From Ancylonema sp. (lineage: Eukaryota): a stretch of DNA of 64,000 nucleotides. Below the pieces are notes generated by a model that made no database searches, was not told the DNA's origin, and saw only the letters and a list, made by a program, of their open reading frames with translations. Numbering within the stretch: the first letter of the stretch is position 1; every line of letters begins with the position of its first letter. The stretch covers positions 1 to 64,000 of the forward strand of contig JBFLGF010000008.1 of the NCBI GenBank assembly GCA_050230475.1, written 5' to 3'. Shown in pieces: positions 12,255-24,696 of the stretch. A program made the position numbers and the translations under genes.

Positions 12255-15200
12255 TGATTTTGTCCGTCACTACAGCCACCATACAGCCACGCTACAACCT
12301 CCTTCAACAATATAGACAAGATGCCTCCCTCGCTTCCCGTTCCCCCTGTGCTCCCTCCGCTTCCAACGATCCTCTCCTTACTCCCCCCCTGGATCCCCCC
12401 CCTGAAACTGTGCCAACTGCCCCCCATACCACCCGAGCACAAGCGCCTGCACAGAGAAAAACATGCGCATGAAAAAGGACAAAAAACTCCACGGCTCCCA
12501 CGCCCTCTCCACCCATCCCCCTTCCACCCCAAAATTCCCCACCCACTACATACTACCCCGAAAATGAACATTATGGTCGTGGTCACGCACATACTTAAAA
12601 TCATGCAAGACCGGGAAATCTTGCTGCATTCACCTGGACAGCTGGCGTGCACCGCTCCGCCACGTCGCGCCAAAACGGCTCCCTCTCCGCCATCCTGAAA
12701 ACCACACCCCATTCCACCCAACCACCATAAAAAACCCACCCCACGAAACGAAAAAATCTGCACTTCAGATGCCCCTGGATCCTGAACCCCAACCCCTAAA
12801 AAAAACCCAGAAAGAATCCCCTCCCCCACCTCCCCACCGCCTTCATCACCGCATCCATCTCCTCCAAGTCCCCTCCCACCCTCCCCTCCGCATACTGCAC
12901 CACCACAGCCGCACCCAACCGACCCCTCCACTCCCCAACTCCGCCTCCACCTCCTCCCCTTACCCCCCCCCCCCCGCCCCAACCTCCCTCCCCACCACCC
13001 CCCCCCCTGGCCACAGCCCTGCATGCCTGAGAAAACGGCACCCCCGCCCCCAATCTCACCACCGCAGCCCGGAGGTGATCCACGGGGTGGGGGGGTGGGG
13101 TCTCTTTCTGCACCAGATCCACCCAGGCAGGGGGCTGGCCCTCCCAGAGCCCGCCACCTGGCACCTCTACCTCCACTCCACACCCCGCTGACTCATCCTC
13201 CTCGTCAGCAGCCTCTGGTACACGTGGCAGATCCCTCAGTACTAATTCTAAACTCGCATCCCCACCTCCCAACATGCCATCCCCCCCCCCCTCCCACCCC
13301 TCCCCCCCCTCCTCGCAGGAGAGAGGGGGTGGAGGTGCTGACGAGTGGGGGATGGGAGTCGGCTCCTGGAGCGGTTTGGGGGGGGGGGGGACGAAATCCA
13401 CATTGGGGGGTGGAATTGCTGACGTCATCATCCAGGGGTGCTGCTGCGTGCTGCTGACGTCAGCGAGTTCGTCCCTTTCCCCCCTCACCGACCCGCTGCA
13501 TGATACCGATTTCGATTTCGATCGCTGACCGAGCGAACCGTGGGAGCTGCGCGTGGTGCCACCCTGCAGAAGCACCCAGGAAGCTTCCCTCGTCATTCAC
13601 GAGTTTCCACCCAGGTTGGCGCAGCCCCTATGGGTGCCCAATGTCTCATTCGGAATGAGTACTGCTCAATGTCCCCAGTGGTGGAGAAGAGGGATCGGAC
13701 CGAGAGCTGATTGGCGGCCCCACCGCCCCTCCCACGACCACCCCTCCGCCTCTGGACCCTGAACCCCAACAATCCCCGCTCCCGTTCAGGTTCAGGTTCG
13801 GGTTCGGGTTCGGGTCCGGGTTGAGATTCCGAGTTCGGGTTCGGGATCGGGTTCGGGCTCTGCGTGCTCACCTCGCGGATGTGTTATCGACGGCTCTCAA
13901 AGCCCCGCCTCGAGAGGGGGGCGCGAGCGGAAGGTTCCTGGCACCTTCTCTCTGCTCGTACGCCCTCTCCAGTTCGCGCCTCATCGTCAACGGGAGCGCA
14001 TCCAACACCGCACGGTCGAGCTGCAGGGGGGCAGGAGGGGCAAATGAGCCCGTGATCCCACTGACCCCAGGAGCCCATGAGGCCACTGAGACCTTTTCCT
14101 CACCTGCGACGGGGACGGAAGAGGCTCCACAGCCACCCCCTCCTGCCTCCCCCCCCCCCCCCCCCTGCCCCCTTCTCCTGCCACCTGTCCCCCCAAAGCC
14201 GCCCGGATCTCCGCCCGGATGTCGTCCGGCAGCTCTGCCAACACAGACGGGTCCAACTGCGAGGCTGAAGGCGCCCAACCCCCACACTCCCCACCACCCG
14301 CAGCCCCGACAACAGGTTGCACGTTCTGGTTCTCCATGGCATGCACTTCCCCCACACCTCCCATGGCCTCGCCAGATACGAGCTGCACCTCCAATCCCGA
14401 CTCTTCTTCGGGCTCCTTCCTTTTCCTGACCCCTTCCTCCTCCTCCTCCCCACCCTCCCCCTCCTCCCCAACCTCCCCCGCCGCTTCCCCACCCTCTCCC
14501 CCCCCCTCCTTCCCACCCACAGCACTGAAGTACCCCGCCACACCACTCCCCCCCCCCTTCCCATTCTTCATCCCTTCCAGCTTCGTGACCTGGAACCCCA
14601 CCCCCCTCACCTCCCCCGGGCTCACCCTCATCTCCCTCCATAACTGCTTGGCAATCCTTAAAAGCACACCCCTCTCTACAGTCGCAGCCCCAACCGCCGC
14701 CGACCTACTCAAGTTATCACACGCCCCACACCCCATGAATTTCGACGGCTCGACCGGAGCCCCCGCCTTCCTCCTCTTAACCCTCAAACTGAAGCTCCTC
14801 CCCTTAAGCCCCGCCTCCTCGCACCTCCTCACCACCTCTTCCACCAACCCCCCCAGAAACTTCTGCGCATCTTCCTCGCCCCCGAACCTCACCCCCCAGT
14901 TCACCTCCGCCCCCACCGACTTCCTCCGCCCCCCGCCCCCCACCTGCACCTCCCGCGCGTCCACGCCCCTCGCATACTTCCACAGCATGTCCCCAGTCTT
15001 CCCCCCAAACTCGCGCTGTAACCCCTCCCGCGACAGGTGGCGCAGCTGGGAGCAGGTCTTCACCCCCATGGCCTCCAACCTCTCCCCCAGAGCCCACCCC
15101 ACCCCGTGGAGGTCGCTCACTGGGAGGTCTGCCAGGAAATCCGCTGCCTGCAGCAAGCGACAGGCATAGAGGGCATAGAGAGGTTCATAATCCCCCCTGC

Positions 15201-18200
15201 CCCTCGCCCCCCCCCCAGTGATCCCGAGTGTTGCACCCCATCCACAACGAACCACACTCACGCCATCAAATCAACACAAACGGTTAACCGTAAACCGTGC
15301 ACCGCACCCTACCCTCCCCTCCCCCAACCTCTTCCTGCTTCACCCTAAACTGTCCGTCCGGTTTCGCCTTCCTCGTCGCCAGCCTGGCGATGAGAAGATT
15401 CGAAGCAATTCCCGCACTCGCGCTACAGCCCGTCACGGAACGGATCTCCTCCCTTATATCGAGGGCGATGGCCTCAGGGTCCCCCAGCCCGCTCACGTCC
15501 ATGAAGGCCTCGTCGCAGCTGAGCGCCTGAACCCTGGGGGTGACGCGGTGGAGGATGGTGTACACCTGGATACAGAAAGGAGACCTTCGGTATTAGCGAC
15601 ATTGGACAGCGTGGGGGGGGGGGTCGGTATGTCGTTGTGTATAATGGGGTCGATGGAGGAAGTGTGGTTGGGGGGGGGGGGGGGGGTAAAAGGAACAACA
15701 TTCGTTCACAACACGCGACAGCTGTCGCTCTGTGGAGGGAATCGTTACTTCGGGACGAGTCTCGATTCAAGGTTATTTTCTATTGTTATAACGAGGTGAC
15801 CCTTATATCGAGGGTCCGCTGTACTCCCGACTTTCCCTGGATGTACCCACACCCAAAGGCGTGGCAGTCAGTGGGGGAGAGTGGAGGAGATAGACGTTGT
15901 ATGGAAACGGAGGGGGGTTCCAGGGACAGGGACAGGGACAGGGACAGGGAACGACCTCCTGACTGAGAAGTGAGAATTGAGCAGTAGGGTGCAGAAAAAA
16001 AAGGGGTTGTGCTCAAGGGCTTGGTACAGAGAGTGGGTGACACGTCATCAGGTTCACACTTTGCACCCCCACCATCCATACCTGTTATGTCATGCATTCC
16101 AGTATGCATGCATGTCCCCATTTCTCCATCTCAACTACTACCATCCTCCCATCCCCCCAAACAAGAGCTCCCATTCCCATCCCACCCTCTTCCCGGACCC
16201 GTTCACCATCACCCATCACCGGATACCCAAGACCCGTCACTTGTCACCTGTTACCCGATACCCGTTCCCCATCACCAGTTACCCGACACCCGTTACCCGT
16301 TACCCGTTACCCGTTACCCGTTACCGGTTACCCGTTACCCGTTACCCGTTACCCGTTACCCGTTACCCGTTACCCGTTACCCGTCCCCTGTCCTCCATCC
16401 CCCCCTCTCACCTGGTCCGCCACTTTCTCGTACGCCTCGAAGTCGTACGGCACCACCTGCAGGTCGGGACAACGCCTCTTCGCCTCCCTCATAAACATCC
16501 CGTTCTTCACGCCAAACCCGCGCGCCACGTAGTTACAGGAGGAGATCTCCGCCGTCCCCCGTGCGCTGTCCGAGTGACACACGGCCACCGGTTTGTCCCT
16601 CAGATCGGGCCTGCTGCGCACGATGACGGACACGAAGAAGCAGTCCATGTCAATGTGGAGGATGGCGTGGGGGCCCGCCGCGGCGGACACGTGGCGGGGG
16701 GGTGCCGACGTGGCGGGCTTGTCTGCCGACACGTGGCGGGGGGGTGCGGACGTGGAGGGGTCGTCTGCTGACACGTGGGGAGGGGGTGCTGACGTGGGGG
16801 GATCGTCTGCGGATGGGGCGAGATCCTTTGAATTTGGGTGTGGGGTTTGGTTGTGTTGTGTCTTGTTTGTTGTGTTGTTGTTTTGTTGTGGTTGTCCGTT
16901 TTGTGGAGGGTTGAGAGCAAGGAAGTGGTCTGCAAAATTTTGGTATCGGTTCCGCCAGGTGCCGATGAAATGAAGGCGGGAGTTCTGACCAATCACAGAC
17001 GAGGACCCAGAGTCAGAGCGGGTTCTCGTACTCGGGTGAGTGTATGAGACGTACACATGCTAGGAGGTAGAGAGGTGGCATCTGACACCCCCAGAATTCA
17101 AGTGAGTGCTGGGAAACTTTGTTATGCATACCCCCATGAGCGTGACACACCTGGTCGAGATGTTATTTTTTTGCGAGCGTAGTCCTGGGTTTCCAATGGC
17201 ATACATATACCATTGAAGAGACAGCACATAACATAATAAAATAACAAAATAAATAATGTAATAAAATACTATTCCCGTAGAATCAGAGTCCACCACGAAG
17301 CAATCCGGGAGTTTTCCACGTCACGACTACAGGATTTCATTTTCCATTGTGTACTATGTCTTCTTTCTAGGTTCACAGAACCTTCAAGAGGACTTCTTCT
17401 ACTAGACCCCCTCCTCAACTCCATTCTCAAACCTGCACTTGCCATCCCAGAATCGATATTTCTCATACCGACCTATGGTTTGTTATGGTAAGGTAAGCCC
17501 AAAGTACCTTGTAGTAATTCTGGATGAAGTTGGGGTCGTCTTTGGTCGAGTGCAGCCTCGGGTTATTGGACCATTCAGAAACTTCCGGTACCGTACTTGT
17601 AGTACAAGCCCCTTCCTCGTCACCCCCCCCCGCTAACTCCTCAACTCTACCCCCATCCCCTCCCTCCCCTTCCCCCCCCCGCAGCTGCAGCTGCTGCTGT
17701 TGCTGCTGTTGCAAATCCAGAGCCATCATCGCCTCCTCCTCCCAAGCTTCTATATCCGTATTCAGGTCCGGGTTCAGGTTCATGCTCGGGTTCAGGTTCG
17801 TATTCATGTTGTCACACGTGCCGTCTCGTTCTTTTGCACACTCACCCGCCCCGCTCTTCTCCCCTCCACCCCCGACAATGTCAGACAGCCTCTCACCTCC
17901 TCCCCTACCACCTCCAACCATCTCCATCCCAGAGAGAGGTTCAGTTGCTGTCCGCTCCCCGTCATAATCACCCCCGCTGCCTTCCTCTATCCCTTCCACC
18001 TCTATCCTTTCCAACCCCTGTTGCACGTGTGGAGGAGGCACTTCGTCCATGTCGGTGGTGTGAATCACACAGAGCTGCAGATTCTGTGGACTGGGGACGA
18101 ATCCAGGATTCTTGTCCCACTCTGCCACCGACTTTGTCGGGCTACCTCCTCCACGTCCGCCCTCGCCAACCGGTAACCTTCTAGAAGGTTCTGGGAGGGC

Positions 18201-19831
18201 GGCTGGTGTGCCCAGTTCCGCCCCGAACGGTTCCCTGGTTAAACCCTGGGGTTTGGCCCACATCGCGTCATGCATCGTGCTCTGCCCAGGGTGGTCGTAT
18301 GCCAGGCGAAGCAGCTTGTACCCGTCCACTGGGTCAACGGGTCAACGGGTCAGTCGGTCAACGGGTCAACGGGTCAACTGACAGTTGGAAGAAGAGTCAG
18401 AAACCTTTTCGACAATTGAATCCAGTGATGCTTTGTGTCCATAAAAGGAAATGAGAGACTTGACGTGGCATGGTTGGCACTCGTGCGAAAAGGTTGAACG
18501 GAATGAGTACCTGGCAAGAGCTTGTTGGCCTTGATGGAGTCCGTCACCCACTCCGGTTTCAGGATCGGGGGGAGGGTGCGTTTATTCCTGGCAAAGGAGT
18601 AAACACGATCAGCGAAACCTTTTTATAACGAGGTTGACTGTAACAACGATCATTATAGTGAGAGAGATCGTGACAAGGTTTCATTCTGCATGAGCTTGAG
18701 AGGTTCAAGATTGAGTCGTTCTCAATCCTCATCAGAATCCCTTTTCATATCTCTATCCTGGGGGTAGCAAGGGCTTGGTTGTGACACGTGGTTGTCCATG
18801 ATTGGCTTCCCACCTGTAGTCCAGATACTTGCCATCTGGCAGATGTGCGCAGATGATGTGGCTCACGCGCCCCACGGAGTAGTAGTTCTCAAAAACGCCC
18901 CCATGGGCCAGCATGAGGTGCCTCAGTTCCTGGAAACTACGCCCCAAATACTCAGAAATGTTTTTTTTTTGTTTTTTTGTTTTTTTATAATGATTTACAA
19001 GCAAGTGGCGCACATGCAATGATCACTCTACTTCAGATTCCAAAGGGGACGAGGAAGGTGTCGCGCCGAATTTGTATTGAATTAGGAAGTGAGAGGCACC
19101 TGGTGTGATGGTTTCGTGTAGCCGTTCACCCAGATTGTTACGCCTCGGAAGATGGTGCTGGATCTTGCCACGTCCTTGCTATGCTCGTCTGAAACGGAAA
19201 CCAACTGCCCTCCACCCTGTGCAGGGCTGGCATCGGCAGTAACCGGTAACCGGTTGTGGACGTCAGGAAATGTTAGACGGGCATAGGATATGGAAAATCA
19301 ACTTCAAACTGCTTTCACTCCAAAATGAGGGTAGCCAACGAATGTTGCACTCTCCGCTCATCACACTGACAGACAAGACGTAACCTGAATAAAGTGAAGG
19401 TTGCACATGGCTTACTCACAGAGGCCGTCTTGCACGTCAGCTTGGTACTGCTCTCTCAGTTTGCGATTTTTATGAGTCATGTAACTGCAAAGGCACCAGA
19501 CAAGCAGCATCAGGTACTAAAGAGGCTAGACGGCTGGAGAGATGATGGAGAAGATACAACAATGTATCCTCTCTCCAACATCAAACAGTTGTCGCGAGAA
19601 GCAGCCGTTTGAGTGCCTTCGCCGAAGTTGGCTCTCGACTCACCTCCCAAAGTCGTCCCCCCATACTAAAGATTTTTCGTGGTCCTCTTTCTTTTTCTTT
19701 GCGCCATAAGCTATTTCAAATGGTGAAGCACCTCGGCATTCCGGCTTTTCCCTGTCCCTGACTTTGGACGCTGGAGACCAAATTGTCGCCCGATTCTCTT
19801 TTTTTTCCGGAAATCCACGACGACCATCCAT
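12251..19831 (-). CDS. REV1: DNA repair protein REV1 (Y-family polymerase; BRCT, IMS and UBM regions; multi-exon)
   Basis: DFGS|YMTHKNRKL N-terminus. BRCT: IWVNGYTKPSHQ|ELRHLMLAHGGVFENYYS..HIICAHLPDGK. Then NSRLHFIGTWR, ILHIDMDCFFVSV..AEISSCNYVARGFGVKNGMF, QALSCDEAFMD, RKSVGAEVNWGVRF, KFMGCGACDNLS, and UBM-like LDPSVLAELPDDIRAEI and LDRAVLDALP. The last exon (EVVAWLYGG, 12302-12251) is less certain. Confidence 0.93.
16290..16383. repeat. (CCCGTTA)n microsatellite in a REV1 intron
   Basis: Tandem 7-bp units seen directly. Confidence 0.95.
16683..16812 (-). repeat. Coding minisatellite, 3 x 42 bp, inside a REV1 exon
   Basis: Translates to SADDPPTSAPPPHV / SADDPSTSAPPRHV / SADKPATSAPPRHV just before ILHIDMDCFF. 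Confidence 0.85.
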
Positions 19832-20772
19832 TTCGTCGGAAGCTCCAGTCACAATAAGTCTGGATGGAGGATATTCAGACGTAGTTACCGTGTTCTCTGA
19901 AATAAGACAGCAGGTACGGGGAACAGGTCAACCGCGTGCGAACTGTGCATCATCCGAGTCCTCCCGGGCCTCGGATAGCCACTCAACGTACACATGTCCT
20001 TTATGAAATCCTATTTGGCAGCAATTGTCACCGCGGTGCATGACTGGGATATTACGGGGGAGTGCCAAGCTTTGGAAGACGCTGCAATTTTGGCGCGAAC
20101 AACAATTGGGGCGGAGAGGAAGGGCAAACTAGGCCCTAATCCGCCCTCGATGTGATGGTCAAACAATTTTAGATGTGAATAAACGCGATTTTAAAACTAA
20201 CTGATCGACCAAAAAAAACATGCATTTTCGAATTTTGTTTTCATGATCCAACGCACTTCATCCAGGCAATTTGAAATCATTTAAGTGGATCAAGATTCAC
20301 CCCAAAAATACCCTAGCCTAATAAGGTACCGATACCCATGTACAAGTAGGGGTGCTTACGAGCCTGTATCGTGGTTTTAGACCGATAACCCATGTAGTGT
20401 CGTACCTACCAGAACCCTAATGCCACTTCATCTCTAATGATAAGAGAGATGATGCAGCTAATCTCATATAAATAAGGGTCTTAGCGGTGATTTTTTGGGA
20501 TCGGTGAATTTTGTCATACATTGTGACACGAATGTGACTGCTTGTAACGTGTTTGGGTGCCATTGAACTCAAAGTCCGACAAAAAAACTCACATCCGCAG
20601 AATGACATGAGAAGACGTACGACATGCGCCACTAGTCGCGTGCGTGAGTATCGATTTGTTTTGTTGGGTAGCTGACCAGCTCAGTAGCCGTGTGTATATT
20701 CTTTGTAAGTCCTGGTTATAGGATATCTTGTGCATCTGAATCAATTTCTGGTACCGGTTCGTACCCTCGTTG

Positions 20773-20907
20773 TTCGATCCACACCGAATTTCGGTAAACG
20801 GATAAGTGATCATCAAATCGTTCGATCCACACCCTCAGTGGTAAACGGATATTTTTAATCGGTTCAGCAAATCGTTTCGATCCACACCGTGCCTCGGTAA
20901 ACGGATA
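20773..20907. repeat. Three-unit array TTCGATCCACACC-N6/7-GGTAAACGGATA
   Basis: Units start at 20773, 20821 and 20876 with identical arms; cores are gaatttc / ctcagt / gtgcctc and the linkers differ. Confidence 0.9.
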
Positions 20908-21517
20908 TTTCATTTCTGTTGTGAAAGAGAAAGGAGGAGCTGAACAGCTCCATTTTCATTTCCAAACTCTCGCAAAAGGCACCCTTGGGAACACTGTCAA
21001 CTTCGTGCAGCTGTCAGATTCTGCATAATTTTTGGTTCGCCTTGCCGTTTTGTGAGTATATGTTGTTTGTAATTACATATCATCCTTCCAAAGGACAGTC
21101 AATTTTAATAAGTATTTGTTAACTTAAAGCATTTACCATTTCATTGACGTGACACCTCTGAAACCTGTCAGACTGCTGTCCAGATGTAGTTCACGTGAAA
21201 TTATCGATTGAGCTGCAATATTCTTTGTTTGCTCTGAAAATTTGTGAGCAACTGTAATATAACGTTGACTAAGAGCTCAAAAAAAAAATCAAAGTTTTCC
21301 AAGCAACCACGACGTTGCAAAAAATATTGGTGTGCAGCAGTGTATTCACCATCTACTGGATCCAGATTTTGCACCACAAAAACCATTTTTTCGATACGAC
21401 TTTCACCCTGATTCCATCGTCTTCGTCACCATTGCAGCACCCTTTGCTGTGATATCGACAGTACCCTTTACTGTCACCCCGGAACATTTTTTTTTTACAC
21501 CACCGCAGACGACATGA

Positions 21518-24500
21518 TTGAACAGAAAGTACCCTTGTATTCTGGCGAGGTCGGTGACAGGCAAGACGAATTTGTGGATGCACTATGGTCATATTTTAGA
21601 TACAAAACTTCAAACGAACGGAACGGACATGTTCAATGGGATATTATCGAGTACGCAGGTCAATTCACCAAGGGTATACATGGCACATGACGTCTGGAAT
21701 AAATTTAGGAAGGACAATCTTGTTGACGCAACCCTTATGGCCACTCATGACACCCATCGTGAGAAGAACTCTGAAATGTACTACTGGAGAACGCAAGTTA
21801 GATTCCTAGCCACACCTATGGCTCGACCGACACCTATACCTGGACCTGAACCTGGAGAACTAACTCAATTCTGCAAAGAACTCCGAGACCGATTTCGACA
21901 ACAGATCACCAAAATCAGTCACTTCAAACCCTTGTCAGCCACCGAGTCTGTCTCCTCTTTGTACAACCGTTTCAAAGAACTTGCACAGATCGTGGTAGAG
22001 CATAAGGCAACGACAACGGAACAAGTGGTCGTCAAACTGAAGAAACATTTACCGGACGGAGTTCGTGAGTTGGTTGATATTTGGTATATCTAGGAATCCG
22101 AAAAGAAAATGTATGAGACGACGCCTGCACCACCTATCTCAGTCGAGGATCTCATGCCAAAAGCTGATAGGTTCGAACTCACCCTCACCAAAGTTGCTTA
22201 TGAGTACCGAGCAGCACGGGAGACCGAACCACAGCTTCAGTCGGCAATGGGTTCATGCAGGCTTAACCAAGGAGCTCCATCTAGTTCCTTGCGTCTCGAT
22301 AGTTGGTCTGCAGATCCCCAGTATCCTAACCTTCCGTCATGCGACAACACACCGAGGCTCCTAGGCGGGACATTGGTGATTTGTTACAACTGCGAAAGAG
22401 AAGGTCACCAAATGGATCAGTGTCCTTATCCAAGGCGACTTCCACACTCACCACCTTTGCATGATCGAGGTAGAGAAAGTAAACCACCCGATCGACATCA
22501 ACACTCACCAACCAGCTTGGTCCCATCCTATAGTGTCACCCCTTCTGCTCCGGTTCCCCGCATTTCACCGGACGCACAGGCGGTCATCGAAAATCTCACC
22601 GAGGCTCTTCGACATGAGCAAGAGAAAGGATCTACTCTTCAACTTCTCAATGAGTCCCTTTTCAAGGAGCAATCGACAAGGTCAACGCTCGAGAGTCGGA
22701 TTCAATAACTCGAGAACAAAGGATCTTCATCAACTAGGCCACCTCCGCATCTGGCCTACTCCGTGAAGTCAACGAGGCACGAGTGCACGTGTTCTCTACC
22801 TTCACCACCTCCTCAGTCTCTTTACCATGCAGCAGTACCAAGTGCTCCGTTCGCAGCACCACTCCCATGGAAGCATTGAAGCAACCGTGGCTGCAGCAAT
22901 CAACCCTTTGAAAGCTGAACTGGCTAGTTTGAGGAGCGACTTACGACACCAGTCCTCCACACAACCGATGGCCCAGTCACCACCTTCCTTTCCGGAATAC
23001 ACCAATATGTCGATGGCAAGTACACCCCGCTACTTGCAGATGACAAAGGAAGAGCACCAACGGTATGTGCAAGCAGCACCATATGCTACGGGTGTCGGTA
23101 TTTTCAACTCTCTATTGAGTCAATAAAAAGTGAAACCACGAGACGATGCATCGACAGTGCTAACCAAGAAGGCTGTCACATTCTCACCTGTCGTTGCGAG
23201 TCATGCACCAGGTCCCATCATTCTCTCACCTGTAGTTGCTAGCATGGCACTAGGTCCTTCGCATCATCACCCATGGGCTCAACGCAACTCAACAGTTCAA
23301 CCTTAATACCTTTGGGGTAGCATACATGAGCGAGGCGGTCACACGGACACCCAACCAAGCAAGTCCATCCCTTCATGCTGTCTTCTGTGCCATGCAAGCA
23401 ACACAACCTCTCGGACTGAGTGTCATCTTCACCCCATGTCCGAATCTCCGGCCTACAAAGTCACGGGATCCATGCCTCACCCTTGGTGCAACTCCATCGC
23501 TTCACCAAGTATCGGCTCTCGAACTGGATCACCCACAGACCATCGTTTCTATTCACGCTCCGACTCCATCATGCGAGGTTCGAGCTTCATCATTGGTGGA
23601 CCAGTCATCCACGACATCCACAACCAATCAACTCCAATGTGGGGGACCGTCTTCATTCAGCCCTCATGTGCAAGCATTACCCGGCATCCAAGGTGAGAAA
23701 TCAACCATTCCATTTTTTATCACCCTTGCTCCGGACGTTCACGATTCAGAGAATGATAACCTCCCTCTGAACATGCTTCAACTTCAGCCGCTTCACCAAG
23801 GGTTGAATCATCCTACACCGTGACATGCTTCATGTGCCATGGTCACCGCCTTTGCCATCAGCCGTAACCAAGTTATCGAAGTTCAAGACATCGACATTAC
23901 CCGGGGAGAGAGCAAGTTCAACCATGATGCCGCAAAATCAAGTACCACAACAAGAGTGGGTTGCATCACCAGTCCGCACGTCCTCACCATCTTGTATTTC
24001 TAAATTAACTTCCACAATTTGCATGCTTTACCTGGAGACGAAGTCTGGTACAACCACTCTGTCTGAGTTTCTATCAGGACCTTCATCATTGCTCTCCACA
24101 TGCATCTCTTTACCCTTGTTGCCTTTGGACGATTTTTGGAAGTCCCGGAAAAAGAAAAAACAATTGGGCAAATTCACCGAGTCGACATGCCACATGGTCT
24201 CTCTATCACCCCATCATGCATGCCTTACCGTGAGTTACAGTCTGGTACCATCACTCACCCCGAGATACTACCATCGACTTCCTCACCCCGAAATGCTTCT
24301 ATCAACCCCCATGAGTGGGCACCATTACCCACGTTTATCAAAGACCCCGGACAAGAGTCAAGAAAAGGGCTTTACCACACCTTTGAGAAATTCCCACAAA
24401 AAGTCACAACGCACGGGCACAACCATCGGGTAGACATCGCATTTGGAGTACCATCACATCTTGCATCTATCTCACCAACCGTTTGTGGCTTCCCAATTAC

Positions 24501-24696
24501 TCGACACCATTTCCAGTCAGGAGTTCTTCATCACCCTTCATCACGTGGTGGTATCACTCCATCTTCACCCAAGATCCCTATCCGTACCACATGTGACCTC
24601 CCACCATTCCGCAAGAGAATCTAGCATGTAACCAAAGTGTCGCCATCATCTGTCTAAGTAATCCGACACAAACCTTTTGTAGCTAGGGTGGGGGAG
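21518..24696 (+). mobile_element. Degenerate retrotransposon internal region: gag-like ORF with a CCHC zinc knuckle; no pol recognised
   Basis: ORFs 21518-22093 and 22109-22708 share one frame and are split by a single TAG. They include ESVSSLYNRFKELA (gag-like) and CYNCEREGHQMDQC (CX2CX4HX4C). A purine-rich AGGGTGGGGGAG at about 24685-24696 precedes the terminal repeat. Confidence 0.7.

Noticed and set aside
11580..12315. ORFs with INESTNQR repeats
   Set aside because: Translation artefacts of the AATCAACG satellite.
12251..16771. Many long Pro/Gly-rich ORFs overlapping REV1
   Set aside because: Shadow frames caused by G/C runs lacking stop codons; the REV1 exons explain the region.
20773..20907. 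CRISPR array interpretation of the triple repeat
   Set aside because: Only three units, the variable bases lie inside the repeat, the linkers are short and partly similar, there are no cas genes, and the context is eukaryotic.
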